A stretch of 64,000 nt of DNA from an uncultured virus (IMG/VR IMGVR_UViG_3300021087_000674) (lineage: Duplodnaviria > Heunggongvirae > Uroviricota > Caudoviricetes). The stretch is from the IMG/VR virus record IMGVR_UViG_3300021087_000674. One strand, 5' to 3'. Positions 38,317 to 48,766 of this stretch are shown here, one piece after another. A program made the translations under genes and the position numbers. Under the pieces are notes generated by a model. It was not told the origin of the DNA. It saw only the letters and a program-made list of their open reading frames with translations, and searched no databases. Each line of letters begins with the position of its first letter. Within the stretch, counting starts at the first letter, position 1.

Positions 38317-38986
38317 ATTCTTTCTTCAAAATTTCGAAAAGCATTAAAACTCTATAAGAACTTGGCACAGATCCTTCTAAATAAGTATGACCTAATCCTT
38401 TGTACCATGTTTCATAAGTCGTTACTGGATCAAATGATATAACGTGTCCATGATTAAATTCTATTGCTTTTTTACCTATTCTAATTCCACATTTAATAAC
38501 GTCTTCAGATGGAATGCTTATACTCATTAACATAGTAAAACAAGGACCTTGTTTAAATTTATTTTCATGATGTGCAACAGTACGTGGAAGAACTGTTCCG
38601 TCAGGTGGTAACCCTTCCAATGTTATTTTATATAATCCTTTAAGATTTTTTACTGCATAGTCTATACTTTCTTTAAAAATATCACTTTCAGTATATCCTT
38701 TTTGCATTTCTCCATTCAAATAAAAATCTTTATAACAAGTATCATCTATATCTGTCTTTTCTAAATAATCTTCTAATACGAAAGGAGCTGGATTTCTAGT
38801 TGATCCTACTTTTTCTGCTTCTGTTTTTCCTACTCCTTCTTTTATAGGAGGTCTAGTTAACTTATCCCAAGAACCAGTTGTAGTATTGGAACCAGTTGTA
38901 AAAGCATTATGGTATTCTAATATTACTTGCCTTTGAAAGTTTTTTAATTCCGCCCAGGAATTATATTTTGTAGAATCTATAAACAT
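38303..38986 (-). CDS. AspH-like (Asp/Asn beta-hydroxylase fold) protein, metal ligands apparently lost
   Basis: LPPDGTVLPR...ISIP...CGIRIG...ISFD...YETW...RVLMLFE. Confidence 0.45.
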   Translation of the reverse strand: MFIDSTKYNSWAELKNFQRQVILEYHNAFTTGSNTTTGSWDKLTRPPIKEGVGKTEAEKVGSTRNPAPFVLEDYLEKTDIDDTCYKDFYLNGEMQKGYTESDIFKESIDYAVKNLKGLYKITLEGLPPDGTVLPRTVAHHENKFKQGPCFTMLMSISIPSEDVIKCGIRIGKKAIEFNHGHVISFDPVTTYETWYKGLGHTYLEGSVPSSYRVLMLFEILKKEFNLN

Positions 38987-39540
38987 TATATCCTTCTTGC
39001 ATCTATTGAACTTACGTACATTTTTTCATTAACTATAAAATCAAATATTCTTATAATATCATCTGCATTACAACTAGGCTCCCCTGCTCTGGCTCCTGAT
39101 TTTTCTCCGTAATTAAGAATACGAATTAAAATACTCTTAGGTTGTTCTCCAAACACATCTTCTATACATAAACGATTATGAATAGCTTCTAAATGCTGTT
39201 TATCTTTAAAGTATTGCATATTACCATTTATTTCTTTAAGAATTTTTTCATCTAATTTAGTACCTAAGGTACCAAACGAAATAATATTTCCACTTTTATT
39301 TACTTTTTTCCATTTATCATGGATTAAAAGAAGAAGTTGACTTTGAATACTATTAATAGATGCAAGATTAATAAAATGATCCGCATCTACACTTAATTCT
39401 ACAACTTTTTTAAGTGTATCGAACTCTGTTAAATCAAAACCAGTTTGTCTAGACACTCCTGTCACATCATGATCCTTTAATAGGTGTTTATATAAAACAG
39501 ATCCTATTGGTGATGTATGCCCTGTCATTATAAATTTCAT
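38986..39540 (-). CDS. SDR-like Rossmann protein
   Basis: MTGHTSPIG, FINLA and YFKDK motifs. Confidence 0.65.
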   Translation of the reverse strand: MKFIMTGHTSPIGSVLYKHLLKDHDVTGVSRQTGFDLTEFDTLKKVVELSVDADHFINLASINSIQSQLLLLIHDKWKKVNKSGNIISFGTLGTKLDEKILKEINGNMQYFKDKQHLEAIHNRLCIEDVFGEQPKSILIRILNYGEKSGARAGEPSCNADDIIRIFDFIVNEKMYVSSIDARRI

Positions 39541-39541
39541 T

Positions 39542-40090
39542 TTATCCCCAAACATTAAAAATATACTTTGAAACTAATCCACAATTAGCACCGGCGTGCC
39601 ATGATTTTCTGCTAGGCCATTTATAAACACTGCCTTGTTCTTGCTTATATAAACAATGTTCATCCACAATTAAAATATGTCCGTCACTAGGTGGACTAAT
39701 ATGGCAATGATACCTATCAAATTCTTTTGTTTCATTTAAAGTTTTTTCATCATCAGTTATATCCCAATGCCATGGAGCAACGTCTCCCGGTTTAACCATG
39801 CTTATCCATGCATTAGTATACTTTTCCATTCCTACAAAGTCAATAAACTTTTCAACTACGTTTTTATCAAAATTGACTTCGGGCAAATACATATCCCAAC
39901 TAGCATTGCCACCTTCATGCTTCATTTTATATCCGGCATCTCTTAATTGCCCTGCAACTTTTTCTACACCAGGAACTTCATGTCCTACATCATGTCTAGG
40001 ACCTACATAAGCAGGTGTTTGATCTTTAAGTCCGGCAATTAATTTATTCCAATCAATTATATCATTACAATTTCCAACAAATTTAAGCAT
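39542..40090 (-). CDS. AspH-like Fe(II)/2OG dioxygenase
   Basis: ISMVKPGDVAPWHWD...WHAGAN motif. Confidence 0.7.
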   Translation of the reverse strand: MLKFVGNCNDIIDWNKLIAGLKDQTPAYVGPRHDVGHEVPGVEKVAGQLRDAGYKMKHEGGNASWDMYLPEVNFDKNVVEKFIDFVGMEKYTNAWISMVKPGDVAPWHWDITDDEKTLNETKEFDRYHCHISPPSDGHILIVDEHCLYKQEQGSVYKWPSRKSWHAGANCGLVSKYIFNVWG

Positions 40091-40694
40091 TTAAAAAATC
40101 CCCCGGCCATTTAGCATAATTTGATTGAATAGTAATTGCATATAGTTTATGTGTATCACAATCATCACCAATTATTGAATCTGTAAATCTTTTATGTGGT
40201 TTATCCATCATAAGAGGTTTTAAATATTGTGTATTAATCCATTTTGAATCTATATCTGTACAACCATACATATCCATAATATGAATTTGTCTATCATCAT
40301 TAACATAGCAAGTATGTGGATAAAAATTTATTTTAAAAATACCTTCATTTTCTAAATCTGTTTTAATTTCTTTAATTTGTTCACGCCAATCGCCTGTAGA
40401 TAATAATTTATTATCATACCATCTAAAAAATATTTGTCTATCATCATATGCAATATCAATCACTTCAGGTACATAAGATTTGCCTCTTAATTTTAATAAA
40501 AATTTAATTTCTCGTAAAAACCAATATTCTCTTAAATCATTATTTAAAAATTTATTTTCAAAGTAAGTACTAGGGTTCCAATTCATGCAAAATACTTTTT
40601 TATCTTTGCTTATAAGAGGTTCATAAAGAACATTGGCAACTGCATTTACTGGTTTATAAAAGTGATCCCACTCTTTGTCTTTCATTTTAATCAT
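40083..40694 (-). CDS. kinase-fold-like protein (paralog of 36197-36889)
   Basis: FLREIKFL, VPEVIDI, GIFKINFYPHT and IHIMDMYG. Confidence 0.5.
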   Translation of the reverse strand: MIKMKDKEWDHFYKPVNAVANVLYEPLISKDKKVFCMNWNPSTYFENKFLNNDLREYWFLREIKFLLKLRGKSYVPEVIDIAYDDRQIFFRWYDNKLLSTGDWREQIKEIKTDLENEGIFKINFYPHTCYVNDDRQIHIMDMYGCTDIDSKWINTQYLKPLMMDKPHKRFTDSIIGDDCDTHKLYAITIQSNYAKWPGDFLNA

Positions 40695-41361
40695 AATCTA
40701 TAAGCACTCCGAATCCACAAGTTTCTTTTAATTTTAATACTTCTTGTACAAATTCATATTCTACTTCAAACTTAATAGACGTTTCACTAATTTTTTGAAA
40801 ATTAGTCATTATTCCTAACTTATTAAATTTGTTTAATAAACAAGAAAAGCTACGATCAAAAAGGTATCTTAAATTATAAGGTGTAGGTTGAAGAGCCATA
40901 CAAGTTATTACTGCAGGTTCTTGTAAATCCATTCTGCTTAAAAGTTTTCTAATAACTAATTGATACCTATTTTTATATCCATAATTACTTGCAGTATGTA
41001 ATCTACCTGCGTCCATTCCATATACAGTATCGTCTGCATGACAAGGAAAAGTTTTTGCCCAAATTATATCTGTTAAAAAACTATGTTCTGAATCTAATGT
41101 TAAATGAAAACGATCATCTATATCAGCATGAGCAGAATAACACTCACCTGGTTTCATTACATTTACTCTTGCTTCTCCTACTTTTCCTATTTTAGATAAT
41201 AATTCTTCTAAACTAGTTCCTTTGTATTCAGGAAGTAACTCCCATTCATCATAAAAGAAATCACCTGTTTGTTTATTCAAAATGTTTTTACCGGGACCTA
41301 AATGTTTTACCAAATTATATATTTCTTTAGAGGAATGTGTTATACCAATCTTTGTAAGCAT
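40687..41361 (-). CDS. AspH-like Fe(II)/2OG dioxygenase
   Basis: MKPGECYSAHADIDDRFH...MDAGRLHTASN...RYQLV. Confidence 0.75.
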   Translation of the reverse strand: MLTKIGITHSSKEIYNLVKHLGPGKNILNKQTGDFFYDEWELLPEYKGTSLEELLSKIGKVGEARVNVMKPGECYSAHADIDDRFHLTLDSEHSFLTDIIWAKTFPCHADDTVYGMDAGRLHTASNYGYKNRYQLVIRKLLSRMDLQEPAVITCMALQPTPYNLRYLFDRSFSCLLNKFNKLGIMTNFQKISETSIKFEVEYEFVQEVLKLKETCGFGVLIDYD

Positions 41362-41366
41362 ACCAA

Positions 41367-41372
41367 TATTTA
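41367..41372 (-). promoter_or_regulatory. late promoter-like TAAATA, 5 nt before ATG 41361
   Basis: Minus strand TAAATA-TTGGT-ATG. Confidence 0.6.
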
Positions 41373-41414
41373 CCGTGAAAAATAATATGGATATTCGATT
41401 ACGATAAGTATTAA

Positions 41415-42236
41415 TTGATGCCTATGAGAAAACGAATAAAAAATCTTTACGAAAATAGTACCTATAAAAACATAATTCATAATGTTGCTGATGTATATTT
41501 CCCTTTGGATCCAAAATGGAAAAACATAGGAATAAGCCTTAGTGGCGGATGTGATAGTGCTTTATTGGCATATATCATATGCGATATAATTAAACAAAAA
41601 AAACTTTATACCAAAATACATATAATCTATAATGTTAGATTATGGAAAACACGTCCTTGGCAACAATATGTTTTTAAACAAGTGTTTTCTTGGTTTAAAG
41701 AAATGTTTAAAGATTTATGGTTTGTAGAACATACAAATTTTATTGCACCCGATTTAGAATGGGGTTCTAAAGGTCCAAATATTATAGACGAATATGGCAA
41801 ATTAAAAAGCGGTAATCAAATTGAATTAAGATCACACGCAGAATATATAGGCTACAAGTATGAATTAGATGCTTGGTATTGTGGACTTACTAAAAACCCT
41901 GAAACAAAATTCGATGACCGATTAATAGAAAGAGATAGTATATTAACAAATGATACTGTTGAAAATCTACATCGATTGATAAAGCCTCACATGAATGGCG
42001 TGGCTTGTCATCCTTTTACCTTCGTACAAAAAAATTGGATAGTATCTCAATATAAGAGATTAGGCATCATGAATCTATTCAATCTTACTAGAAGTTGCGA
42101 AGGTGATAAGGAAACTTATCCTGAAATATTTGAAAACTTAGATTATAAAACATATGTTCCAGGTAAAGATGTTCCAGTATGTGGTAAATGTTTTTGGTGT
42201 AAAGAAAGACAATGGGGTATAGATAATAGTGACTGA
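41415..42236 (+). CDS. QueC-like PP-loop ATPase
   Basis: SLSGGCDS, TRSCE and CGKCFWCKER motifs. Confidence 0.75.
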   Translation: MMPMRKRIKNLYENSTYKNIIHNVADVYFPLDPKWKNIGISLSGGCDSALLAYIICDIIKQKKLYTKIHIIYNVRLWKTRPWQQYVFKQVFSWFKEMFKDLWFVEHTNFIAPDLEWGSKGPNIIDEYGKLKSGNQIELRSHAEYIGYKYELDAWYCGLTKNPETKFDDRLIERDSILTNDTVENLHRLIKPHMNGVACHPFTFVQKNWIVSQYKRLGIMNLFNLTRSCEGDKETYPEIFENLDYKTYVPGKDVPVCGKCFWCKERQWGIDNSD

Positions 42237-43647
42237 AAGTAATGAATATTGGTTAAATCCTAAAGATTCTAAATTAGGTAAATGGCAAAGGGAAATAGAA
42301 TCCGTTAGTGGTTCTTGTACCTTTTGTGTATTGCCTTGGATACACTTTGCCACACGCCCTAATGGAGATATGCGTTTATGTTGTAGTGCAAATGCCAGTG
42401 GAGCAGGTAAAGACCATAAAGTAGGCCTTGTTAAAAAAGAAGACGGCACACCTGCAAACTTTGGAAAAGATGCTCCTATGGAAGCATGGAATAATGAATA
42501 TATGAAGTCAGTTCGTAAAACTATGTTAGCTGGAAAAATACCTGCTAGTTGTACTAAATGTTTTAACGAAGAAAAAGTAGGAGTAGTTAGTAAACGTATT
42601 TGGGAAACTGGTACATGGCACAAAGATGGTATAGATATTCCTGAATTAATTAAACAAACACAAGAAGATGGAACCGTACCTGAAACATTAAGATATTTAG
42701 ATTTAAGATTAGGCCATACTTGTAATATTAAGTGTGTTATGTGTTCACCACATGACAGTTCTAAATGGGTTGCAGATTGGCAACGACTTATGCCTCAACT
42801 AACAATACCTACAGTTAGAAAACAAATGTCTTGGGGTAAACAAGAATTTAATAACAAGTGGCACGAAAAAGATACATTTTGGGCAGAAATGAATAAACAA
42901 ATTCCTAATTTAAAACAAGTTTATTTTGCTGGTGGCGAACCTTTAATGATTAGAGAACATAAAACATTTATTGAAGAAATTGTACGACAAGGATATCAAG
43001 ATAAAATCTTATTAAGATATAATTCAAATGGTATATTAGTAGACGAAGATTTAATTGAGTTATGGAGCAAGTTTAAGAAAGTTAAATTTGCAATTAGCAT
43101 GGACGCTTGTCATGAACGAGATGAATATATACGTTTTCCAACTAACTGGGATACCGTAGAAAAGAATCTTCGTATGTTAGACGACACTCCCGACAATATA
43201 CAAACAAGTTTAGCAACTGCTATACAAATTTTTAATGTAAAACACTTACCTGACTTTATGAAATGGAAAGTAGAATCTAAATTTAAAAAACTTAATTTAG
43301 GAACTGTACCCGGTGGTACACAAATGGGAGGTGGATTAGTTAATATGCACTTGCTTTACATACCTACATTTTTAAGTATTCAAATATTACCTAAAGAGGA
43401 TAAACAAGAAGTTCGTGAACGTTATACAGAATTTAAAGAATGGTTATGGAAAAACTACAGACAAGATGATGAATATTGGAAACACAATCCTTATGGCTGG
43501 AAACGTTGGGAGGCTGTAATGGATCATATGGATGAAAAAGATAATAGTCATCTACTTCCAGGATTTAAAGAATACGTTACTAAACTAGATGGTATAAGAA
43601 AATTATCTGCTAAATCCACTTTTCCTGAGTTATCACATCTTTTATAA
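42229..43647 (+). CDS. radical SAM protein with N-terminal SPASM/twitch-like domain
   Basis: FCVLPW...LCC...CTKC, CNIKCVMC and FAGGEP motifs. Confidence 0.9.
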   Translation: MTESNEYWLNPKDSKLGKWQREIESVSGSCTFCVLPWIHFATRPNGDMRLCCSANASGAGKDHKVGLVKKEDGTPANFGKDAPMEAWNNEYMKSVRKTMLAGKIPASCTKCFNEEKVGVVSKRIWETGTWHKDGIDIPELIKQTQEDGTVPETLRYLDLRLGHTCNIKCVMCSPHDSSKWVADWQRLMPQLTIPTVRKQMSWGKQEFNNKWHEKDTFWAEMNKQIPNLKQVYFAGGEPLMIREHKTFIEEIVRQGYQDKILLRYNSNGILVDEDLIELWSKFKKVKFAISMDACHERDEYIRFPTNWDTVEKNLRMLDDTPDNIQTSLATAIQIFNVKHLPDFMKWKVESKFKKLNLGTVPGGTQMGGGLVNMHLLYIPTFLSIQILPKEDKQEVRERYTEFKEWLWKNYRQDDEYWKHNPYGWKRWEAVMDHMDEKDNSHLLPGFKEYVTKLDGIRKLSAKSTFPELSHLL

Positions 43648-44311
43648 GATTAAAAACTTGTTTATCTCCTTCAGGCCCTAAATGATTAACTCTGAAGCCA
43701 ACTAAATTTTGTAAAAATGGTAAATTTTCTTCACACCAGGCTCTTTTTGGATCTGTTCTACAACTAATATAATACAAAGGTTTTCTTATTTCTGTTCCGT
43801 GTTTCCAAGTGTACAAATAATTAATATCTTTTAATTCTGCTTTGTTCCAAGGTTCAACTTTAGTATCTCCAAAACTCCATAAGTGTAAAATTTTTCCTTT
43901 CATTTTAGACAAGTATTCATGGTCTAACCAATAAGCAACAGCCTGAAAATTTAATCTTTCTTTATTCCAATCTACTAATTCTTCATAAAACATTTGAGTG
44001 GCTTTATGTTTTTTACTAGAACCGTCATAGGCACTAACTGGATTTAAATCTCCTTTTGAATGATATGTTCTAAAAGGATCGGTCCAAGCAAATATACAAT
44101 AATCTAAATCTTTAAATTTGTGAAAGTTTTTTGTAAAATGTATAATAGCAGTCCAATAACTTGAACCACCTATACCTGTATTCACAATTTCTGCATCTAA
44201 AGAATCAGCAATTCGACCCATCCAATTATCTTTAAGAGAATGAGCAACAAAACTGTCTCCGAAAAAACCTATCTTATTTTTGGCACCTGAATGTCCGCTA
44301 TACATACACAC
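43610..44311 (-). CDS. SGNH/GDSL-like protein
   Basis: FFGDSF, NTGIGGSS and VNHLGPEG motifs; start uncertain. Confidence 0.55.
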   Translation of the reverse strand: MCMYSGHSGAKNKIGFFGDSFVAHSLKDNWMGRIADSLDAEIVNTGIGGSSYWTAIIHFTKNFHKFKDLDYCIFAWTDPFRTYHSKGDLNPVSAYDGSSKKHKATQMFYEELVDWNKERLNFQAVAYWLDHEYLSKMKGKILHLWSFGDTKVEPWNKAELKDINYLYTWKHGTEIRKPLYYISCRTDPKRAWCEENLPFLQNLVGFRVNHLGPEGDKQVFNLIKDVITQEKWI

Positions 44312-45249
44312 CTTTCTTGATTACAAATAACACTAGTTGTTGGAAAATTAAAATCTTCATCATATTTTTTACCTGTAAAACCTTCAGATAAAACTCTACA
44401 ACCTGCTCCTAAATACATTCGTTTATCAAAGTTAATATAAATTCTGTTTATACCAGCATTACAATTATAACCTCGCCAATCAACAATATCATTTGCTACT
44501 GCCCAATATGGGTCAAAGTCATATGTTTGATCATCATCTACCATATACATATCTCTATTAAATCTAGTATCTACTTTTTCATTAACTCTTTCTTGAGCTC
44601 TAATTGTACTTTTAAATATCTGTTTTTGTTCTTCTGTATAAGGATATAAGTCTCTTTCACTTGCAGTATCGGTTTCCCAAACTTGGTGTAATGGTTTAGC
44701 TTGAATTCCCCATTCAGTTCTATTGCTATTTTTTAATACATCTATTATATCCATACATTTAGACCATTCATCAGGTTTCATCATTATATGACAAATACTA
44801 TCTACTTTATTTTCTATTAAAAAGTCACATACATCTCTAATATGTTCTGGTTTTGTAAATTCTGGATGAATACTAAAATGCACTGCAAAAAAATTTTTAT
44901 AATTGTCTTTCCACCAATCCATTTTTCTACTACCATTTGTTATAGGTATTATTAAATTATTTTCTTTTTGATTAATATATTCACATAGTTTTGCAAAATC
45001 TTTATAAAGAGTAGGTTCACCTCCTCCAAACTTCCAAATAAAATGTGTAATACCCATATCAGTATAATGATTATGTAATTTGTCTATAAAGTTTTTACTT
45101 TTTTCTAAGTTAATCCAAGGAAAAGAATTATCATGTAATATAGGTAAACAATATGAGCAATTATAATTGCAAGTATTACCTAAAGTCCATTCTATTTGTA
45201 GAACATTTAATAATTGAGGAAATTTATATGTTATTTTGTTTATTGTCAT
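44269..45249 (-). CDS. radical SAM protein with C-terminal Cys cluster
   Basis: CNYNCSYC, GGGEPT, CNAG...C...CNQERCVC. Confidence 0.9.
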   Translation of the reverse strand: MTINKITYKFPQLLNVLQIEWTLGNTCNYNCSYCLPILHDNSFPWINLEKSKNFIDKLHNHYTDMGITHFIWKFGGGEPTLYKDFAKLCEYINQKENNLIIPITNGSRKMDWWKDNYKNFFAVHFSIHPEFTKPEHIRDVCDFLIENKVDSICHIMMKPDEWSKCMDIIDVLKNSNRTEWGIQAKPLHQVWETDTASERDLYPYTEEQKQIFKSTIRAQERVNEKVDTRFNRDMYMVDDDQTYDFDPYWAVANDIVDWRGYNCNAGINRIYINFDKRMYLGAGCRVLSEGFTGKKYDEDFNFPTTSVICNQERCVCIADIQVPKIR

Positions 45250-46148
45250 TTTTTATGGTAAAATTTTGTTAAATTTATATCCGCGGCACAGGTACACCAT
45301 TCTCGTGTACATACAATAGGTTCTTTTGGAAATTGAAACGTACCATTATAAATGTTACCTACACTTCCTCCTACTCTGCAAGTTGCTCTATGTACATCAC
45401 CATCCCAATTAATCATTAAACTTTCTAAACCAGCATTACAAAGCCATCCTTTAAATTTATTAGTTTTCAAAATTAACAAATCATTTACATTACAAGTTTT
45501 GGATTCATCTACCAAAGTGTTATGTGGTGGATTATGATTTTGGATTTTTAAAAACTTTTTTTCTTCTTTGTTATACCGATTCATATCTTCAAAATCGTCA
45601 TGCTTTTTGGTCCAACGAATTGGACGTAAACTAAACTTTATATTACCATTTAAAAGGCGTCTACAAGCGTCTTGCACGTCGTTTAATAAGCCGGGAAGCA
45701 TCATTACGTGTACAAGAGCGTTCTTATTAACTGAGCTGTTAACTGCCCTTATTATCGTTTCCAAAACCTTTTTCCAGTCATGTTCAAAGTGTAAACTAAA
45801 CACAATATGGTTAAGATAATTGTCCAAAATATTTTGATAATACTCGGCTGTTCTGGTACCGTTGGTCGTTACATTTATCCATGAAACTTTTGGTTTTGCA
45901 TATTCTAAAAGCTCTGTAAATTTTGGATGCACACAAGGTTCACCTCCTGTAAAACTTATTCTAGGTTTGTTCATTTTAGAAATAGTATCTACAGTTTTTT
46001 TAAGGATTTCTATATCTGTATGTTCACTAAAATTATCATGTATCTCTGCAGGACAATAACTGCAATCATAGTTACATCTTTTACCTATGTTCCATTCTAT
46101 TTTGGTACTTTGCCGTACTTCTTCATATAAATGTTCTACTTTATACAT
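45246..46148 (-). CDS. radical SAM/SPASM-like protein
   Basis: CNYDCSYC, TGGEP, CNAG...ATC...CTREWCTC; start MYKVEH preferred. Confidence 0.9.
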   Translation of the reverse strand: MYKVEHLYEEVRQSTKIEWNIGKRCNYDCSYCPAEIHDNFSEHTDIEILKKTVDTISKMNKPRISFTGGEPCVHPKFTELLEYAKPKVSWINVTTNGTRTAEYYQNILDNYLNHIVFSLHFEHDWKKVLETIIRAVNSSVNKNALVHVMMLPGLLNDVQDACRRLLNGNIKFSLRPIRWTKKHDDFEDMNRYNKEEKKFLKIQNHNPPHNTLVDESKTCNVNDLLILKTNKFKGWLCNAGLESLMINWDGDVHRATCRVGGSVGNIYNGTFQFPKEPIVCTREWCTCAADINLTKFYHKK

Positions 46149-47406
46149 ATGGAGCAAACTCCGGAATAACTTTTTCAAAAGGACCTTGGTTTCTTGTTTC
46201 ATCTAATCTATGATTAAAATCTACACAATCTTTCCAATACTTGTTTAGATCTCTTGCTTTAAGAAAATTAATATTATCCTGAATTTGTTGTAATGTAATT
46301 TTTTCTAATACTGGATGTTCTTTAACTAACCTATATTCTTTAACTTTGTCCTTCATTAATTCTAATTTTGCTATAACTTTATCTTTTAATTCCTTTGGTA
46401 ATACTTGGGCACTTAAGGCTCTAGGGTATTGTACCCTATGACTGTAAAATACAATTTCTAATTTGTTTAAAAAATAGTCAATTACTTTGTCTATTTGCAT
46501 TATATTATTGGATTGTACTGTAAATGCTCCTACAATTCTACTTACTGTAGGTATATTTTTCATTATTCTAACATTCTCTACAATATCTTTAAACTTTCCA
46601 TTGGATCTAACATATTCATATACTTCATCTATCCCATCAATACTAACATTGACAGCTACGCTTTTAAATTTTGGCCAATAGTCTTTAATCCATCTTCCCT
46701 TTATTCCTAAAACTGTGCCATTTGTTGCATATTTTATTTCTATATTTTTTCCATTCTCACTAAGAAGATCTAAAATTTTATAATGCATTGGATCCATTAA
46801 TGGTTCTCCTCCAGCAAATTCTACTCTTTTAAAATAAGGTAATAGCTTTCTTAAACTATCCCAAAATTCTTTTTTATCATCAAATAATCCAACATATGGT
46901 GCTTTTGTAAGACCTAAATCTTCTACTGCTTTAACAAGATAATTGTCTTCTTTTTTATAATGTTCTACAATACTATTCCAATCTTTCCATTGCGTACTAT
47001 CTAACGGATTGCACATACGACATTTTAAATTACATAAGTTATTAATTTTAATTTCAATAGTAGGTAATTCAAAAGGCATTGTCATATCTGTAGTAAGACT
47101 TTTAAGTGCGTCAGGGTAAAGATTAACTCTAGATTCTGGCATATTATCTGCAATATGTCTTTGTCTTAAACTTTGTACTCCTTGGTCTTCTAGGTCAAAA
47201 CACGGTTTACATACGTCAGGACGTTCATCGCTTAATACTTGACGTCTAACTTCACGCATATTTTCACCATTCCACACTTCTTCTAAAGTTTCGTTTTTAA
47301 TATTACCAATAGGAAGACTTCTGCAACATACTTTAATTGCGCCATCTTCTCTAGTAGCAAGACCTGTAAAAGGGTGCATACAAAACGTACAACTTTTATT
47401 TTTCAT
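46141..47406 (-). CDS. radical SAM protein with N-terminal SPASM/twitch-like domain
   Basis: FCMHPF...VCC...CKPC, CNLKCRMC and FAGGEP motifs. Confidence 0.9.
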   Translation of the reverse strand: MKNKSCTFCMHPFTGLATREDGAIKVCCRSLPIGNIKNETLEEVWNGENMREVRRQVLSDERPDVCKPCFDLEDQGVQSLRQRHIADNMPESRVNLYPDALKSLTTDMTMPFELPTIEIKINNLCNLKCRMCNPLDSTQWKDWNSIVEHYKKEDNYLVKAVEDLGLTKAPYVGLFDDKKEFWDSLRKLLPYFKRVEFAGGEPLMDPMHYKILDLLSENGKNIEIKYATNGTVLGIKGRWIKDYWPKFKSVAVNVSIDGIDEVYEYVRSNGKFKDIVENVRIMKNIPTVSRIVGAFTVQSNNIMQIDKVIDYFLNKLEIVFYSHRVQYPRALSAQVLPKELKDKVIAKLELMKDKVKEYRLVKEHPVLEKITLQQIQDNINFLKARDLNKYWKDCVDFNHRLDETRNQGPFEKVIPEFAPYV

Positions 47407-48766
47407 CTAAATTTTTCCAATCCTCTCCAAATCTCCATAGTGGAGCCTTTAAATCTTCAAGATCCATTTCTTCAAATTTTTCTACTGGGCCAGTATGTCG
47501 TTTATAATCTGCCAAGCCATCCCAAGCATGAACTGAAGCAACTAATTGTATTTTAGGACTTTTTTCTTTTAATATACGCAATAATTTGTTTTCTTTTTCT
47601 AATCTTTGTTTAACAGTAATAAAAGCTACTGTAGGTTCATAAGCAAAAATATTACTAATATTAAAAATTGTATTTTCATCATTATTAATATCTATATTAA
47701 ATTCATTTAATAAATCGCATTGAACAAATTGCATTTTTATATCATCTTTTAAATGCCACAATTTAGCAACTTTACTAAAATTAGTAATAATTTCTTGTTT
47801 ACTTTGAAACCAGTCTGGTGCTTTATCTTTAATAAGTCCTTTTAAGAACTTATGATAGTCGTGTCCGTTAAATTCATTAATTGTTTCTTTCATATACCAT
47901 AATGCATTAGGATTATAATCATAAAATATAACTTCTGTATTTTCATCATGTCCATACTTGTCTAAATATAATAACCAATTAAATCCACTAGCAGGAGTAA
48001 TCAATTGTGAAACAGGTCCTTTTATATTAACGTCTTGTAATTTTTCTGTATTAGTAGGATAATAAAGTCTATTCGCGGCAAAATTATATTTTTGATATAT
48101 GCTTTGACTATTTTCTTGAAAGTCTGAATCATATTCAGCATAATAACATTTTTTACTATCTCTTATTTTCTGATCAAATATTACTATATTCTCATCATTG
48201 TCTAAAGCAATATTAAGTATATTCCAGCCATGCCATTTATCTTTATACTCTATCATTTCATTACCGGGTTTAATCCAAAGTGGTGTATGGTTATCATGAT
48301 AATTTTCTTCACTTCTAATAGGTACTGCTTTTAAGTGCTTTTCGTTTTCTACTTCTGCACCTATATCTGGATAATCATATTCAACCCATTTTTTTAAATT
48401 GATAACATAACATTGTTCATGAAGTTCATAGTATCCTTCTTTTCTATCTAGTATATGTCCTGCTATAAAGAAATCTGTTTTAACTAATTCTTCCAAATAT
48501 TTAAAAAATTTATCCCCTTCAAATTCTGTATCTACTGTATAAATTACTGCGTGAGTATAATCTTTTTCAGATTGTTTTAGACCATTTTCTTCTGATATTG
48601 CAGTTAACAAATCATATCCATTGCTAGTAATATTTTGCACTTGATAATCTGCAATATTTTTAATTAATTCTTTAGTCCAAGTCCTTTGAATTTTATACAT
48701 TGTGTCTAAACAAATAAATGCAATTTTAGACTTTTCTTTTGTAAGTGCTTCAAATTTATATGCCAT
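47396..48766 (-). CDS. hypothetical protein, possible transferase
   Basis: 456-aa ORF; C-terminal half has methyltransferase-like PASG...FYDYN...CDL...SNIF elements. Confidence 0.55.
   Translation of the reverse strand: MAYKFEALTKEKSKIAFICLDTMYKIQRTWTKELIKNIADYQVQNITSNGYDLLTAISEENGLKQSEKDYTHAVIYTVDTEFEGDKFFKYLEELVKTDFFIAGHILDRKEGYYELHEQCYVINLKKWVEYDYPDIGAEVENEKHLKAVPIRSEENYHDNHTPLWIKPGNEMIEYKDKWHGWNILNIALDNDENIVIFDQKIRDSKKCYYAEYDSDFQENSQSIYQKYNFAANRLYYPTNTEKLQDVNIKGPVSQLITPASGFNWLLYLDKYGHDENTEVIFYDYNPNALWYMKETINEFNGHDYHKFLKGLIKDKAPDWFQSKQEIITNFSKVAKLWHLKDDIKMQFVQCDLLNEFNIDINNDENTIFNISNIFAYEPTVAFITVKQRLEKENKLLRILKEKSPKIQLVASVHAWDGLADYKRHTGPVEKFEEMDLEDLKAPLWRFGEDWKNLDEK

Noticed and set aside
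41415..42236. Assigning the symbol queC
   Set aside because: PP-loop and Cys motifs fit, but the central QueC motifs are not recognisable and the gene is unlinked to folE/queE, so it is left as QueC-like.
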